Shown: positions 36,910-47,526 of the stretch, one piece after another
Numbering within the stretch: position 1 is the stretch's first letter
How the letters are laid out: each line of letters opens with the position of its first letter
Assembly (NCBI GenBank): GCA_020536535.1
Contig: JAHLWZ010000921.1
Location: forward strand, 1 to 47,526
DNA: 47,526 bases
Source: Pelomyxa schiedti
Lineage: Eukaryota > Protista > Evosea
Reading direction: 5' to 3'
Position numbers and translations under genes: made by a program
The notes under the pieces: generated by a model
Seen by the model: the letters and a program-made list of their open reading frames with translations, nothing else
Databases searched by the model: none
Told to the model about the DNA's origin: nothing

Positions 36910-39900
36910 TTAGGAGCCCGTGCTGGTTGCCCCTTTTAGAACCACTATTTCCACAGGCTCCAGTGTGGTGGTTTCTGTGGAAGCTGAGGTCGTGGTTGTT
37001 GTGGTAGTGGTGGGTGCAGGCGCAGCGGTGAGTTCCACACTATTGGGGAGTGAATCCAGTATTGTGGCTCTTTTTCCATATGTAGCAGAAGCAAGTGTTG
37101 TAGCAGCACTGTTTATGGATCGCGCTATCTGACTTCCCACGTTTTTCACTCTGCCCATGGTGGATTGACTGGTGGCTGTGGTGGTGGTTGCTGTGGTTGT
37201 TGCCCCGGAGTCGTCCGGTTTGTGGGGATTCTCAAAGAGGGATTCAGAGAGATGACCCCTTGTGCCTGGCCTTGAGGCCACGACTCCAGTAACCATGCCG
37301 CCGCGCATCGTGGGCCACCCGGCAAGAGTATAGGCACCTGGGGGCTTCACCATGGTAGCCATGGTGAATGTCCTTATCTGGAAAGGTAGTGAGGGTGGCG
37401 GCACTCCGGCAAGTTCACGGGCTTGAACTTCGGCGGCAAGCTTCTCCCATTTTGTAGCAAAAACAACAGAGCAAAATGTGAGAGCAGTGAGGAATACAGA
37501 AATCTGTAGCAGAGTGAGTACTCGGCCAAAACAATCATGTTGCCGTACACCAATTCCAATCCATAGGCCAAATACCCCCAGCCAGGTAAGAAAGGCAACG
37601 GAGGCCCCAGCTGGAATCCCAGCAAGGTAAAAAGAGGCGACGTTTCCAAAGGCCCCAATCTTGTAAAGTGTGATTGCAGGTGTAAATAGTAAGAAGGCAC
37701 CTTGACACTTCCACACCCACGCAGTAATCCACCGGAGGCAGTTTGCAGTCCATCAAACATTACAAAACCACAACACACTAATAGAAGGTTCGCAACCTAC
37801 TCAAAAGATTAAACATTTCTATGAGAGGGTACACAGGTACTAGATCATAGACTTCGGCATCCTTGGTGAAAATTTTGCCCCATACTTTCCGTACAGACAG
37901 GAGGAAAGTCACTTGAATAATTTCCACAAACACCGTAAGTATAATGATCAATATTGCTCGCATCCTTTGTGAATTTGGGTGTGAAGTTATCTTCTTTAAA
38001 GACTAACCTTGCTCGAGAAGGGTTATTTGCACCTAAGGCGGCACCAACTTGTGCTGAGGCAACAACACTCAAGCCAAGAGGGCACTAGAATATATGTCAC
38101 AAAAATCAAAGAGCGTTCTCACCATAAGAAGAATAGACAGTGTGTTCATTATAATTGATGTTGCAGCAAGCTCTACCGTCCCAATAACACCTATTTGGTA
38201 GTTGTGGGCCAGACATTGCAGCTAATTTAGGTCATACCAGCTAAGAAAGAAACAATTTCAAATCCCCACCTACTTGCGTAACTACAGTGGAGAAAAGAAA
38301 GAAATAATACCACTCGGCACAGCTCATGATGGCACCCGGGATTCCGAGAGCAAAGAATTCTGGCCACTTTTTAAAACATTCCTTTGAAAACCCACTCCAC
38401 ATCCTAATACTAGGTAAGAGAACACCAAGAAGTTCATGGTACATTTTATGTTGGCCTCTAATCAAAAGGTAAGTTGTGAGTATAATCGGCATGGATGACC
38501 ATGCTATTGTTAGACTTGTTGCAGAGCCTTGCAAGTGTTACAGAGGAAAAGCTGGAAAAGGTAAACACGTGTACCATCAAGGCCAAGATCAAGAAGATCA
38601 ACAAAGATATAGTTACACAATGCTAGGATCCCCATTGCCAAAAGTGAAACAAGCTAGTTGAAAGTTAGGCCTGTATCCTTTCCTGATCAGGGGAATGTAC
38701 CATCATAGGAAACACTATTCCTTGAGTTTGTACAGCACGCTTGATGGACTCATACAAAAAGTAAAATGGCAGAGCGGGCATAAGGATACGAATGTAACGT
38801 CCAGCTAGCTTGGAGGTTTCTGCATCCTATGACGGTTAAAAGTTATTGCTGAAATTTTCCATACTTGACCGAGGAGATTGAGAATCTCTTCAGTAAACCA
38901 CCACAAGGCCATCACTGGTAAAGAGTAAAGCCAAACAATCAAAACAGCTACTAGAATGAGGATCTTGGGAGTGAGGAGTAGAGGCAAAAACCTCGTTGAA
39001 GGATAATTCCAATTTTTTTAACATTTCCTGCCCCATATGCTTGGGATCTTAAAAGTATGAATATTGAAGGGGTTAACTGAGACTTACGCAAGAGTGTCAA
39101 CAGCGGACAAAAGGCCAAACCCAAAACTGAACCCAGTGACATTCACCAAACTTACGGCCAGAGATACCGCCGCTGCCAGACTTTAGACCAAGGACATAAG
39201 AAAGAGGAGAGACCTAATTGCTGGGATGTAGTTGCATCCTCAGTTGGTTCTATGTGCCCCGCAAAAGCCATGTTCACAGTACTCAGTAGTGTCTGAAATA
39301 AGTAACACAAACAAACTGGCCATGCCATTTGAAGAACAGCAACACACTCCCGTGCAACGGCACAACAGTCTTCACCAAAGAGCAATTGTGTGAGGGAGTT
39401 AGGTATACATGGGCAACTGCATCCGGTAGTAGAGGTCGACGATGGAGAATCAATGCTAGCAGTTGGGCGTGGGGCGGTGTCTTCAGGTAAAGCTGGATCT
39501 TCAGCGAGATCTTCAGCAAGTCCTTTCAAAGAGAATGTTGAAGGAAGGCTACTTAGAGATTGAACTTGGTGGGGTTGCTCTAAACCATGAAGCTGTGGTC
39601 GTTTCAAAGCTTTCTTGTGGTGGTGTGTCTTGTAAGACGAAGATGATTTTGTGGAGCTCTTACTGCCGCGTGATCTTCGATGTTTCCGTCGTTGGCGTGG
39701 GGATGAAGTTGATGAAAGGCTAGGCGATGCAAGACGGTGAAGGGAAAATGTCGAAGGTAAGGTATCGATAGTGGAAATCTTATGGTCAGACTCGCTCTCG
39801 TTACTCGAAGTATGGGTCGTCGTTGTATCTGAGTAAGTAAGAATATGTTGGTGAGAAATGCTTGAGGGTGCTGTTGTTTCAGCAATTCCTTTCAGGGAGA

Positions 39901-41314
39901 ATGTGGAAGGGAGAGACGGAAGGGTATCAATTTGCGGCGGGGTTCTTCTTGTGCCTTTAGAAACCGTTTTGGTTTTTCCTTTGACTGACCTCTTGTGAAC
40001 TGAATCGAAGTCAGGGGATTTCGAAGAATATGGAATTGGGGATGTTGATGCGCTGTCTCCTAGCGAGAACGTTGATGGGAGAGAAGGCAGGGCACCGATA
40101 GCTTTTGGCTGTGGTGTAGTTGTGGCAGAAGTTTCATTTTGTTTCTGGCTTGCTGTTGAAGATGTCGAAGTTCCACTACTAGATTTCGTGTGTTTACTTT
40201 TCCTTCTCTGAGCAGGAGGTGGAATAATGCCGGTTGGTGGGTCTGATTCCGATGAGTTTTCTGCATGGTGGGTAGATGTGCTTGGACTTGGAGTGTGGGT
40301 GCTGGATTTGAGGATATGAGGTGGGGGAAATTTCACTGTTGCTTGGTGAGAGGGCCTTTTCTGTCTGATAGATTTTGGTGGGGAGACATCATGAGATTTG
40401 CGTGGCGTCAGAGAAATGTTGGATGGGATTTGAGGGGAATTTCGCGGCAACATACGAGGCGATCCCCGAGGGGAATGGTGAGGTGAGTTCCTTGGAGAAG
40501 ATAGCATTGCGTCGCGAAGCTCCTGTGGATAAGCAATGTAACGCGGAGTTCTGGCCATAACAAGGTTCGGTGACGGGCTCTTCAGCAGGCGGTGTTGCTT
40601 GTGCCTCTGTGTGCCACGCACAGTCCCCACCATCACCACAGGCGGAACTAGCCCGACGCTGTACATTTGTTCTGCGGGCTGCTGCGAAAGCCGAGGGGAC
40701 GGGCTGGGCGACCGCGAGGAGGCACCCCCAAAGCGGGCCGGGATCGGTGCGGGGCTGGGGGATCTGGACACCCCACCCCCAGGGCGAGAAGGAGAACGCA
40801 TGGGGGAGGGGCTGCGCGAGTGAGGGAGGGGAGTACAACCGGGGGACAACGCGTGGGGATGCGGGCGGTACCCCCCGTCCCCGGCTCTGTCCGCGGCACC
40901 AGGGGGAGTTTCGTCCAGGGGCGCGGCCAACGTTAAGTGGGGCCGCCGTTTGCCCCGGGTCGTGACCTCAGCAGATCCGGCCGAAGAGGGCGGGGAGCCG
41001 GCGGAGGCAGCGTTGCCCTTGCTGTCGTCGGAGGAGGAGGAGGGCGGGGATGCAGGCCGAGAATATACACGCGTGGCAGGACGCCTGGAGCGGGTGTGAG
41101 AGCGCCGAGAGGATGTGGACGATGAGGCCTCCGTGGATGGACTGGAAGTGTGTTGTTGTTGTTTCTTGTGATGGTGCTTGTGAGTGTGACTCACATGCAC
41201 CTTGGTGTTCCCCTGTGCCGTTTCCTCCGTATCGTCACGCGATCGCGATTTGTGCGTGGTAGGGGTGGCGCTGGACATTGTGCCTGTGGGTGAGCGCTGT
41301 TGGTGTTGGGACAT
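36910..41314 (-). CDS. MATE-family efflux transporter with ~680-aa disordered N-terminus, multi-exon
   Basis: MAWPV...AFAGH, GLLSAVDTLA|SQAYGAGN..IGIILQRG, LGIPGAIMSCAEW, VGAALGANNP..AR, DGLQTASGGLLRGCG and FYLAGIP..GLWIG. Confidence 0.9.
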
Positions 41315-41452
41315 TCGTTTTCTTTTAGTTGGTGTTGCACCGAAAAACACGAATGGCAATAAAAAAAACAGTATTAGGTGAAGTGCGGAAGTTCCTGTTT
41401 GAGGAATCCTGTAGCGCGTGATTTGCTGAGTGTTGCTGATTCATTGTGATTC

Positions 41453-42937
41453 TCACCAGCTTTGTACAACACCCTTTACGGGGTGGTGGTGTGTCTCCAG
41501 GTAGGTGTTGGTTACTTGGAGTGCCATGGTTGCATTTTGGTGTGTGTTGAAGAAGTGGAACAGAACCACCATTCCCGAGTCCTGATTGACTGCTGCAGGC
41601 AGAGTTCGGCTTTCAAAATGAATGAATCCGGGAACGGTTCGCGTCAATGAGGGAAGGGCCGTGCTTTCAATATTCGGGGAATTGCCATCGTGTTGTAAGA
41701 AATGAAGAAACACTATGGCGAATAAGGGATATAGAATGCACTAAGGGAGGTGTACTAACCATAACGTTTGTTCATAGGAATCCCTGATGAATGGGTGATG
41801 CTGCGTTTTTCTGGCAAGGAACTACTGAGCGAAGGAGAGGTTGACGTGGTTGGTGGTGATGGGGAAGTGCGAGAAGGCGGAAGTGAACGGTTTATTTCCA
41901 AAAGTGATGTGGCATATCTTGGTGTGGCATTGTCGAGGGGAGAGGGTATAGAAACCGGTGATATGGAGGTTTCTGTAATCAGTTGACTTGGAGGTTTTTG
42001 TTCTATACTGAGTTAAGGCTGACAGAAAAGAAAGGGAGTGAAACTGTGTAATCTACTCTGAGTAGCACGAGCTTGTAAAACAAATGGGCTAGATCGCACA
42101 GTAGTGCCAGGGTGGAGTTCCACTACCAGAGTAAGCGATGAACGCAAGTGATCTCTAAAAAAAAAATGAATCAAAGTGGGCAGAATGCTCGCCTACCTGG
42201 AGGAGGAGCAATTGGATTTACAGTCATCAAAAACGTAGATTTCCATTGGGTTGCGTGTATTTCTGTTTATCGCTGATGTGGAGTGAAACGCGGACTGTAT
42301 TCCAACGGTGATAACTTTCTTATTAACACAACATATTTTACAATTCTCCACCTCTAAAACCCCATAAGTTTGAACAAGATGTGGATAATGGCTACCTTCG
42401 TTTGAGTTTTCTCGGCAGCATTTAGCATTCAAACCGGCAATCAGGATGTCATCAGATGACAAACAGAGCCGTTGTTTCATGCAGGTATCAATTTTAATGG
42501 TCACCTGCAAACGGTTAAACGGCAATGCCAATACCTAATCGGTGTGCCTACCTGGAATTTCTTATGCTTGAAGACTTTGTATGTTGATAGGCACACTTCA
42601 ATCTGAGGTGCACATATCAGTGGAGGGTAGTCTCCATTGAATGAAGTCCCTGGGGAGATGCCAACAAGAGCCGGGGAGGGAGTGATTCCGTGTGCAGCCG
42701 ATGCAGCACTATGCGGTATTTGTACAACGGTGGGTGGTGGGAGGTGCACCAACGGCAGTGTGAGAGTGGCACAGCCAGGCGTGGAGGTTGGGTTGTTTCT
42801 TGTTGCTTGACTGCAACTGCTGTTGCCGTGAGAGGGTGCTGGAGAATGTCCTCGCATGGTGTGAGTTGTGTGAGAGTTTTGACAGCAACACGGTTTTTGG
42901 CTAAGGGCAGGCAACGAAGCGCGTGCTGCTGCTCCAT
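41453..42937 (-). CDS. Uncharacterised protein: Cys/His-containing beta-rich domain (CxxCC...CKSNCSSSRDH) plus ABM-like C-terminal domain; start uncertain
   Basis: Exons join in frame across GT-AG introns: KFQ|ALPFNRLQV...NCKICC...DDCKSNCSSSR|DHLRSSLTLVVEL...SSPFVLQAR, an S/P-rich linker, then YVFLHF...RTVPGFIHFESR...VVLFHFFNT. Confidence 0.6.
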
Positions 42938-43271
42938 TCGAAGAAAGAGCGGAAGTCGCTTTGAACTTGGACTAACTTCGGCAGGTTGCACAATCTGCTT
43001 GGTCAGGTCATCCTGAGCTCACTAACCTCGTCCATCTTCTACTTCACTATGCCATGTGCCTCTCGGAGAGTGGCAAGTAAACTCTCCTTTTTTCCCCCAG
43101 AGACTCCTGTCTTGTCACTGTGAGAAGTTCATAGAGAGAGACTCCCAGAGGTTCTTTACCACAGGTTCTAGTTGTATTTGAGAGCAAGTGTCTCTGGCCA
43201 GAGAAATCAAAAAGCGGGAAAATAGCAGAAAAAACCAAAATCAATACCGTTAAAGCCCGCAAAAAGGAAAG

Positions 43272-45690
43272 ATGACAACGGTGTCGACTAGGCGGATAAC
43301 AGTGGAGCAGTTTGTTACTGAGGCCACAGATCCTTCAAAGGACACTGATTGGTTGCTTGTATGTTTATGGTTTTTTTTTTGTTTGAAAATAAAATTTTGT
43401 TTCCCGACCGCTGTTTAATGGTACCAAAGATAACTCAATTCTGTGACCTGTTGAATTCCAAGGCATCGAAGGAGTACCTCACCTTTATAGTTGTTGATTC
43501 CCCTAACCTTCCAATAGAGGAGTTTCCGAAGCGTTGAAACCTCTTAGGAAGAGGATGAAGTCTAAGGATTCTGCCGTTCTTCTGCACTGTTTGGAAGTAA
43601 AAAAAATACCACTTACACCTCTAGAGGTGACTGATTGTAACACAGATTCTTGACTCCACAATGAAGAACTGTGTTTGTGTACGGCCTGTGTTTAACGAAA
43701 AGGAATGGATGAACATTTTGAGAGATTTGGCAACTTCAAAGGTTTCTTCCGATTTCCAACCACATCCCTCATTGAAATAATAGACAACTCCCACAGTACG
43801 AGACCGTGCCCTTGCCATTATCCATTTATGGGGAGTAACATTCTCTGGATCCCATGAATATCCTAACTACCACAGCACCTTTAAAAAACTACAAGCTTCT
43901 GGTAAGGACCAGCCTTTGTTACTGCCCCTCACAAATACGAAGGAGTTGAGTTCCCTCCAAGTGATCCTGCTCCCATATTCTCTCCTCCGCGTGGTTTGTA
44001 TCGCAATGCTTTTCCTTGATCACTAATAGTGCTTAGCTATTGTGACAGCTCCCCCTTCGGTTTCCATTTACTTCCACTCATCTAAACTCAAATTTCTTAG
44101 CGTGGGTACCCTGCTCCAGTTCCTGTTACAAAACTACCTCCGTTTATTCATGCTGAATCTTCACGGACTACAACAACAACCCCCAGCAAGCTTCTTACAA
44201 AAGAAGAGTTGCAAAAAGAGATTGATGCAGTAAAAGAAAGTAACGCACTGCTTCTCGAAATGATGCGCAGTGCTGATGCAGCCAGGGTATGGTTAGTATA
44301 GCCCTTTTTTTTTCTGATCTTGTGCAAGGATGATGTGAAAAGTAATGATACAATAGCTCAGCTGATCGAGAACATCAAACAATCGCAGCCGAAAATATTG
44401 CAAGTGATTCAAAATGAGAATGATGAGACTGTCACATCTGAATTACTGTCTGCCAATGATGGAATTGTCTCTCTAATCCCTCTATTTTACGGAATTACTT
44501 ATTAAAATCTCCAATCTAGGTTCGTGTGCTCGAGCAATATGACTTACTTTGCAAAGGTGGGCACATAGTAACACCGCCACAGCCTGTGTCACCTACCCCA
44601 CGGCCTCCTTCCCCAAGAAGATTGTCTCCCAGATTAAATGCTACAGCCCCCTCTGTCTTGCCTCCCCCTATATACCCAGGTTGTTGTTTGGATACTTTTC
44701 CTTCCTTTAATCCAGCAAACAGAAATTGAGCCACGCCTAATGCGACGGGATCTTGACTTCGCTCATATGCTGTTTGGTACGTCAAAAAGTGTGTGGAATT
44801 GTCTATGTCTATTGTTTCATTTTGTTATCCTTCTTGACTGTTTATAACATGACAGCAGAGACACCAACAGTGCCAATTCCTGCGGTCTCCACTCCCGTTT
44901 CAGCTCCACCTATGGTTACTTCACCAACATCCACTGTCCCTCCAATATTACCGCCTGTATTTCCGTTACCAACACCAAACAATAACACATTTCCCACGGC
45001 AACTATCCCTCCCATGAATACCCTAGTTACGCCACTCCCACCTCAAATAAATCCCACTCTAACACCTACAGCTTCCATAGATCCAACTCCTAACCTTGTT
45101 CCTACCCCTTCTTGGTTGGGATCGACATCATTTAATGTAACCCCTCCATATACCTCCTACCCAGTCACTTCCGCATTCAACACTACCCCCCCAACAGCAT
45201 TTGCAATGACGCCCTCACCTACCCCTCAAGCACCAGTGCTTACAACTCCTCCCATGGTGGTTTACTCAGGTCCTTGGTCAGGTTTGTAATTTCACCTTTC
45301 CGTTCATCTCATATTCAGTAGGCAACACAACCCCAACTGTGTGCACTTGTTCGTTTTTAATTTCCTTTGCTTACAAAAGATTAACAGAGTGCCTTTGAGA
45401 CATCCCCACCCCCCACCTTCATCCTCCCACCAGGTAACAAACCCAATATGTCCTCATTTATTTACTCCTTGCATACCAGGCACCGGCTACACCTCAGTAA
45501 CACCAATTACACCAGTTACAGCTACTGCACCACCCACAGCATATATGACTGATTTCGCTGCTCTAGCTGCTGAGCGCCATAACAGCCGCGTGCTCTCTTC
45601 CAATCCATTCAATGAACCCCAGCCGGCATGTACACAAACTTCACTTACAAAACTAACTCTCAACAGTATGGAAAACGTACATGAGCCAAT
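43272..45690 (+). CDS. TOM1/GGA-like VHS-GAT adaptor with Pro/Thr-rich tail and NPF motif; 3' end approximate
   Basis: EATDPS..DW, LHCLE|ILDSTMKNC, VRDRALAIIHLW, GVEFP; GAT-like ELLSAND...VLEQY; SSNPFNE. Confidence 0.82.
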
Positions 45691-45775
45691 AGTACTTTGT
45701 GTGAAATCTTTTTTTTTTCCTTACAAAATATATGAATGCGTTGCCGCCTTTATTCTTTGTGTGCTCGTGTCATTT

Positions 45776-47430
45776 TTAAGGATACTGGTGACCACCTCTC
45801 TTAGAAGCAGCAAATTGTTCCTGTTGTGCCTTCAGTCTTTTCTTTTCTTCCATTTGCGCTTGCAGTTGCATCTTGTTGTGTAAGTAGTTGTTCGTGAGAA
45901 TAAAAGAAAATGCAATACCCTCAGCTCTCTTTGGGATTCAACCTTTTGGTGTGCTGAACCGTCAAGGTCAGGTTGCCGGAATCTTGTAAAATTCGGTTCA
46001 TCAAGTGCTGGTTGTGTGGGACTACACGTTTTTGAGTTAGATAAACGGGATCCAATGAGAACCTTTTCATAGGAGTCGCGGAAGGTACTCGGCTGCGGCT
46101 GCTGGGGCAGTGTCAGATTTCGTGAAGAAGGATTGCGGAATACCTGTTTCCTCTTGCAGAGTCGCCAAACATTGAAACAGAATCATCTTATTATTTTGGG
46201 GGTTTGCGGTCAGTTAACAAACGAAAGTTATAGGCCTCACCTCCCAGATGAATGCTGGAGAAAGTCACTGGTGAGACTCCCATTCTGCCCCGGACAAAGC
46301 GTGAATCGGGGGTACTAGGGGAGCTTTGGGGTGCACTTGTTCTGCCTCGCTGATCCACGGTATTTCTTGCCCCGCTGTCACGTGACAACATGGGTCCATC
46401 GTAAAAGTCATCACTTGGATTGGTTCTTGGAGGAGGTTCTAGTTCCTGGTAGTTGCGTGGTATGTTGTTGGGCATTTGTGGCTCGTACAAGTTGTCTGTG
46501 TTTAACTGAAGTTGAGTTCGCGTGGGTGAAACAAGCTGTCCAGACATAACTGAATGGAAAAAATCTTCATCCTGTGTGGCAGATCAGGGTGGGATAGAAA
46601 GAAGTAGTGTATGACCTCTTTTTGGATTCTGTAACCCCGTGGCTCCTGTAGTAGTTGTGTCAATTCTTCCTTGTCTAAAATTGAAGTGTTTTTCCCCTAC
46701 CTCATAATTATTCGGCAAATCGAAGTTGCCGGGTCTCCCTCTCGGTGCTATTTGTACATTTGCTCTGTTTGTCTGGAACGATTCCGGTTCCTCCTGCTCC
46801 TGTGGTTGCTGCTGTACAATAGGTTGTTGGAGCGGAATCACGGCCGGGCCAACAGTGGGATCCGGGGAATTCAATCTGGTCAAAAGTGCCTCCATTGTAT
46901 CCGTAGCTATAGCCAGCATCTGAGGCGAAGTACGAGATAGCCTCTGCACCTCAGTGCACAGCTTAACCAAGAAACTTATGCTGTAGTTTCCCCCTCCCCC
47001 GAAGTCCCCGTCCGACCCCGAGCCCCCCCCTCCGACCCCAGTGGGGCCCTGCGCTCGCCCCCCCGCCGCCGTCGGCCTCCGTCTCTCGGTACGCACGGGC
47101 AGCAGGGGCAGGGGGTGGCCTGGGGGGCCCGAGGCGGGACTTGCTGGCAGGCTCCTTCGGGGCCCACTTGGCGTCCTCGTCTTCGTCGTCGCGGGTGGGC
47201 GACCGCGCTGCCCGCTGTTGCTGCTGCTGCTGCTGGCGGGCACGGGCGGCGGGGGGAGGCGAGTTGGCGACCCTGCCCACGTTGGTGGGCCCACCCCTGG
47301 GGCGTGTGGGCGATGGCGAGGTCTGCTGCGCGGGGGGTCCGTGCCCCAGCTTGCTGTTGCTGCTTGTGGCCGCGGTGCTGCGTCGTGTAGATCTTCCGCG
47401 TGGCTCCACCACGATGTCGTTGTGGCTCAT
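45776..47430 (-). CDS. Low-complexity protein of unknown function with short C-terminal coiled coil; 5' structure uncertain
   Basis: Long ORFs 46584-47294 and 46191-46547 are linkable by introns; C-terminus ...NKMQLQAQMEEKKRLKAQQEQ...YP*. Confidence 0.5.
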
Positions 47431-47526
47431 CCGGGGTGCCGCCCAAAAATTTTTCGTTTCGTTTAGTCGCCGAACAGCAACCAACAGGAAACCGACGACG
47501 AAACAAGCATGACAGACGGGAGCCGG

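Overview
Very gene-dense eukaryotic DNA with many short spliceosomal introns (mostly about 25-60 nt, GT-AG, often with a CTAAC/CTCAC-like branch point) and short intergenic gaps. The style suggests a protist, possibly an amoebozoan or Archamoeba; this is inference only. About 17 complete intron-containing genes plus one partial gene can be reconstructed: DHX29-like helicase, membrane-anchored papain-family protease, poly(A) polymerase, FAE1-type 3-ketoacyl-CoA synthase, an IFI44-like P-loop protein with a P/Q/Y tail, an F-BAR-RhoGAP, an orphan gene, FIBP-like, PAK/STE20 kinase, INPP5E-like 5-phosphatase, RPB11, GRASP, a prokaryote-like SAM methyltransferase, SF3A2, a MATE transporter, a putative Zn/Ig-fold DNA-binding protein with an ABM-like C-terminus, TOM1-like VHS-GAT, and a low-complexity protein. 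The main accessory feature is a 1,599-bp internally deleted pogo-like DNA transposon (22422-24020) with 75-bp near-perfect terminal inverted repeats. It lies antisense inside the orphan gene, lacks a clean TA duplication, and its flanks form a GT...AG pair whose splicing would restore the host reading frame. All exon boundaries and family assignments were made by eye; no searches were run.
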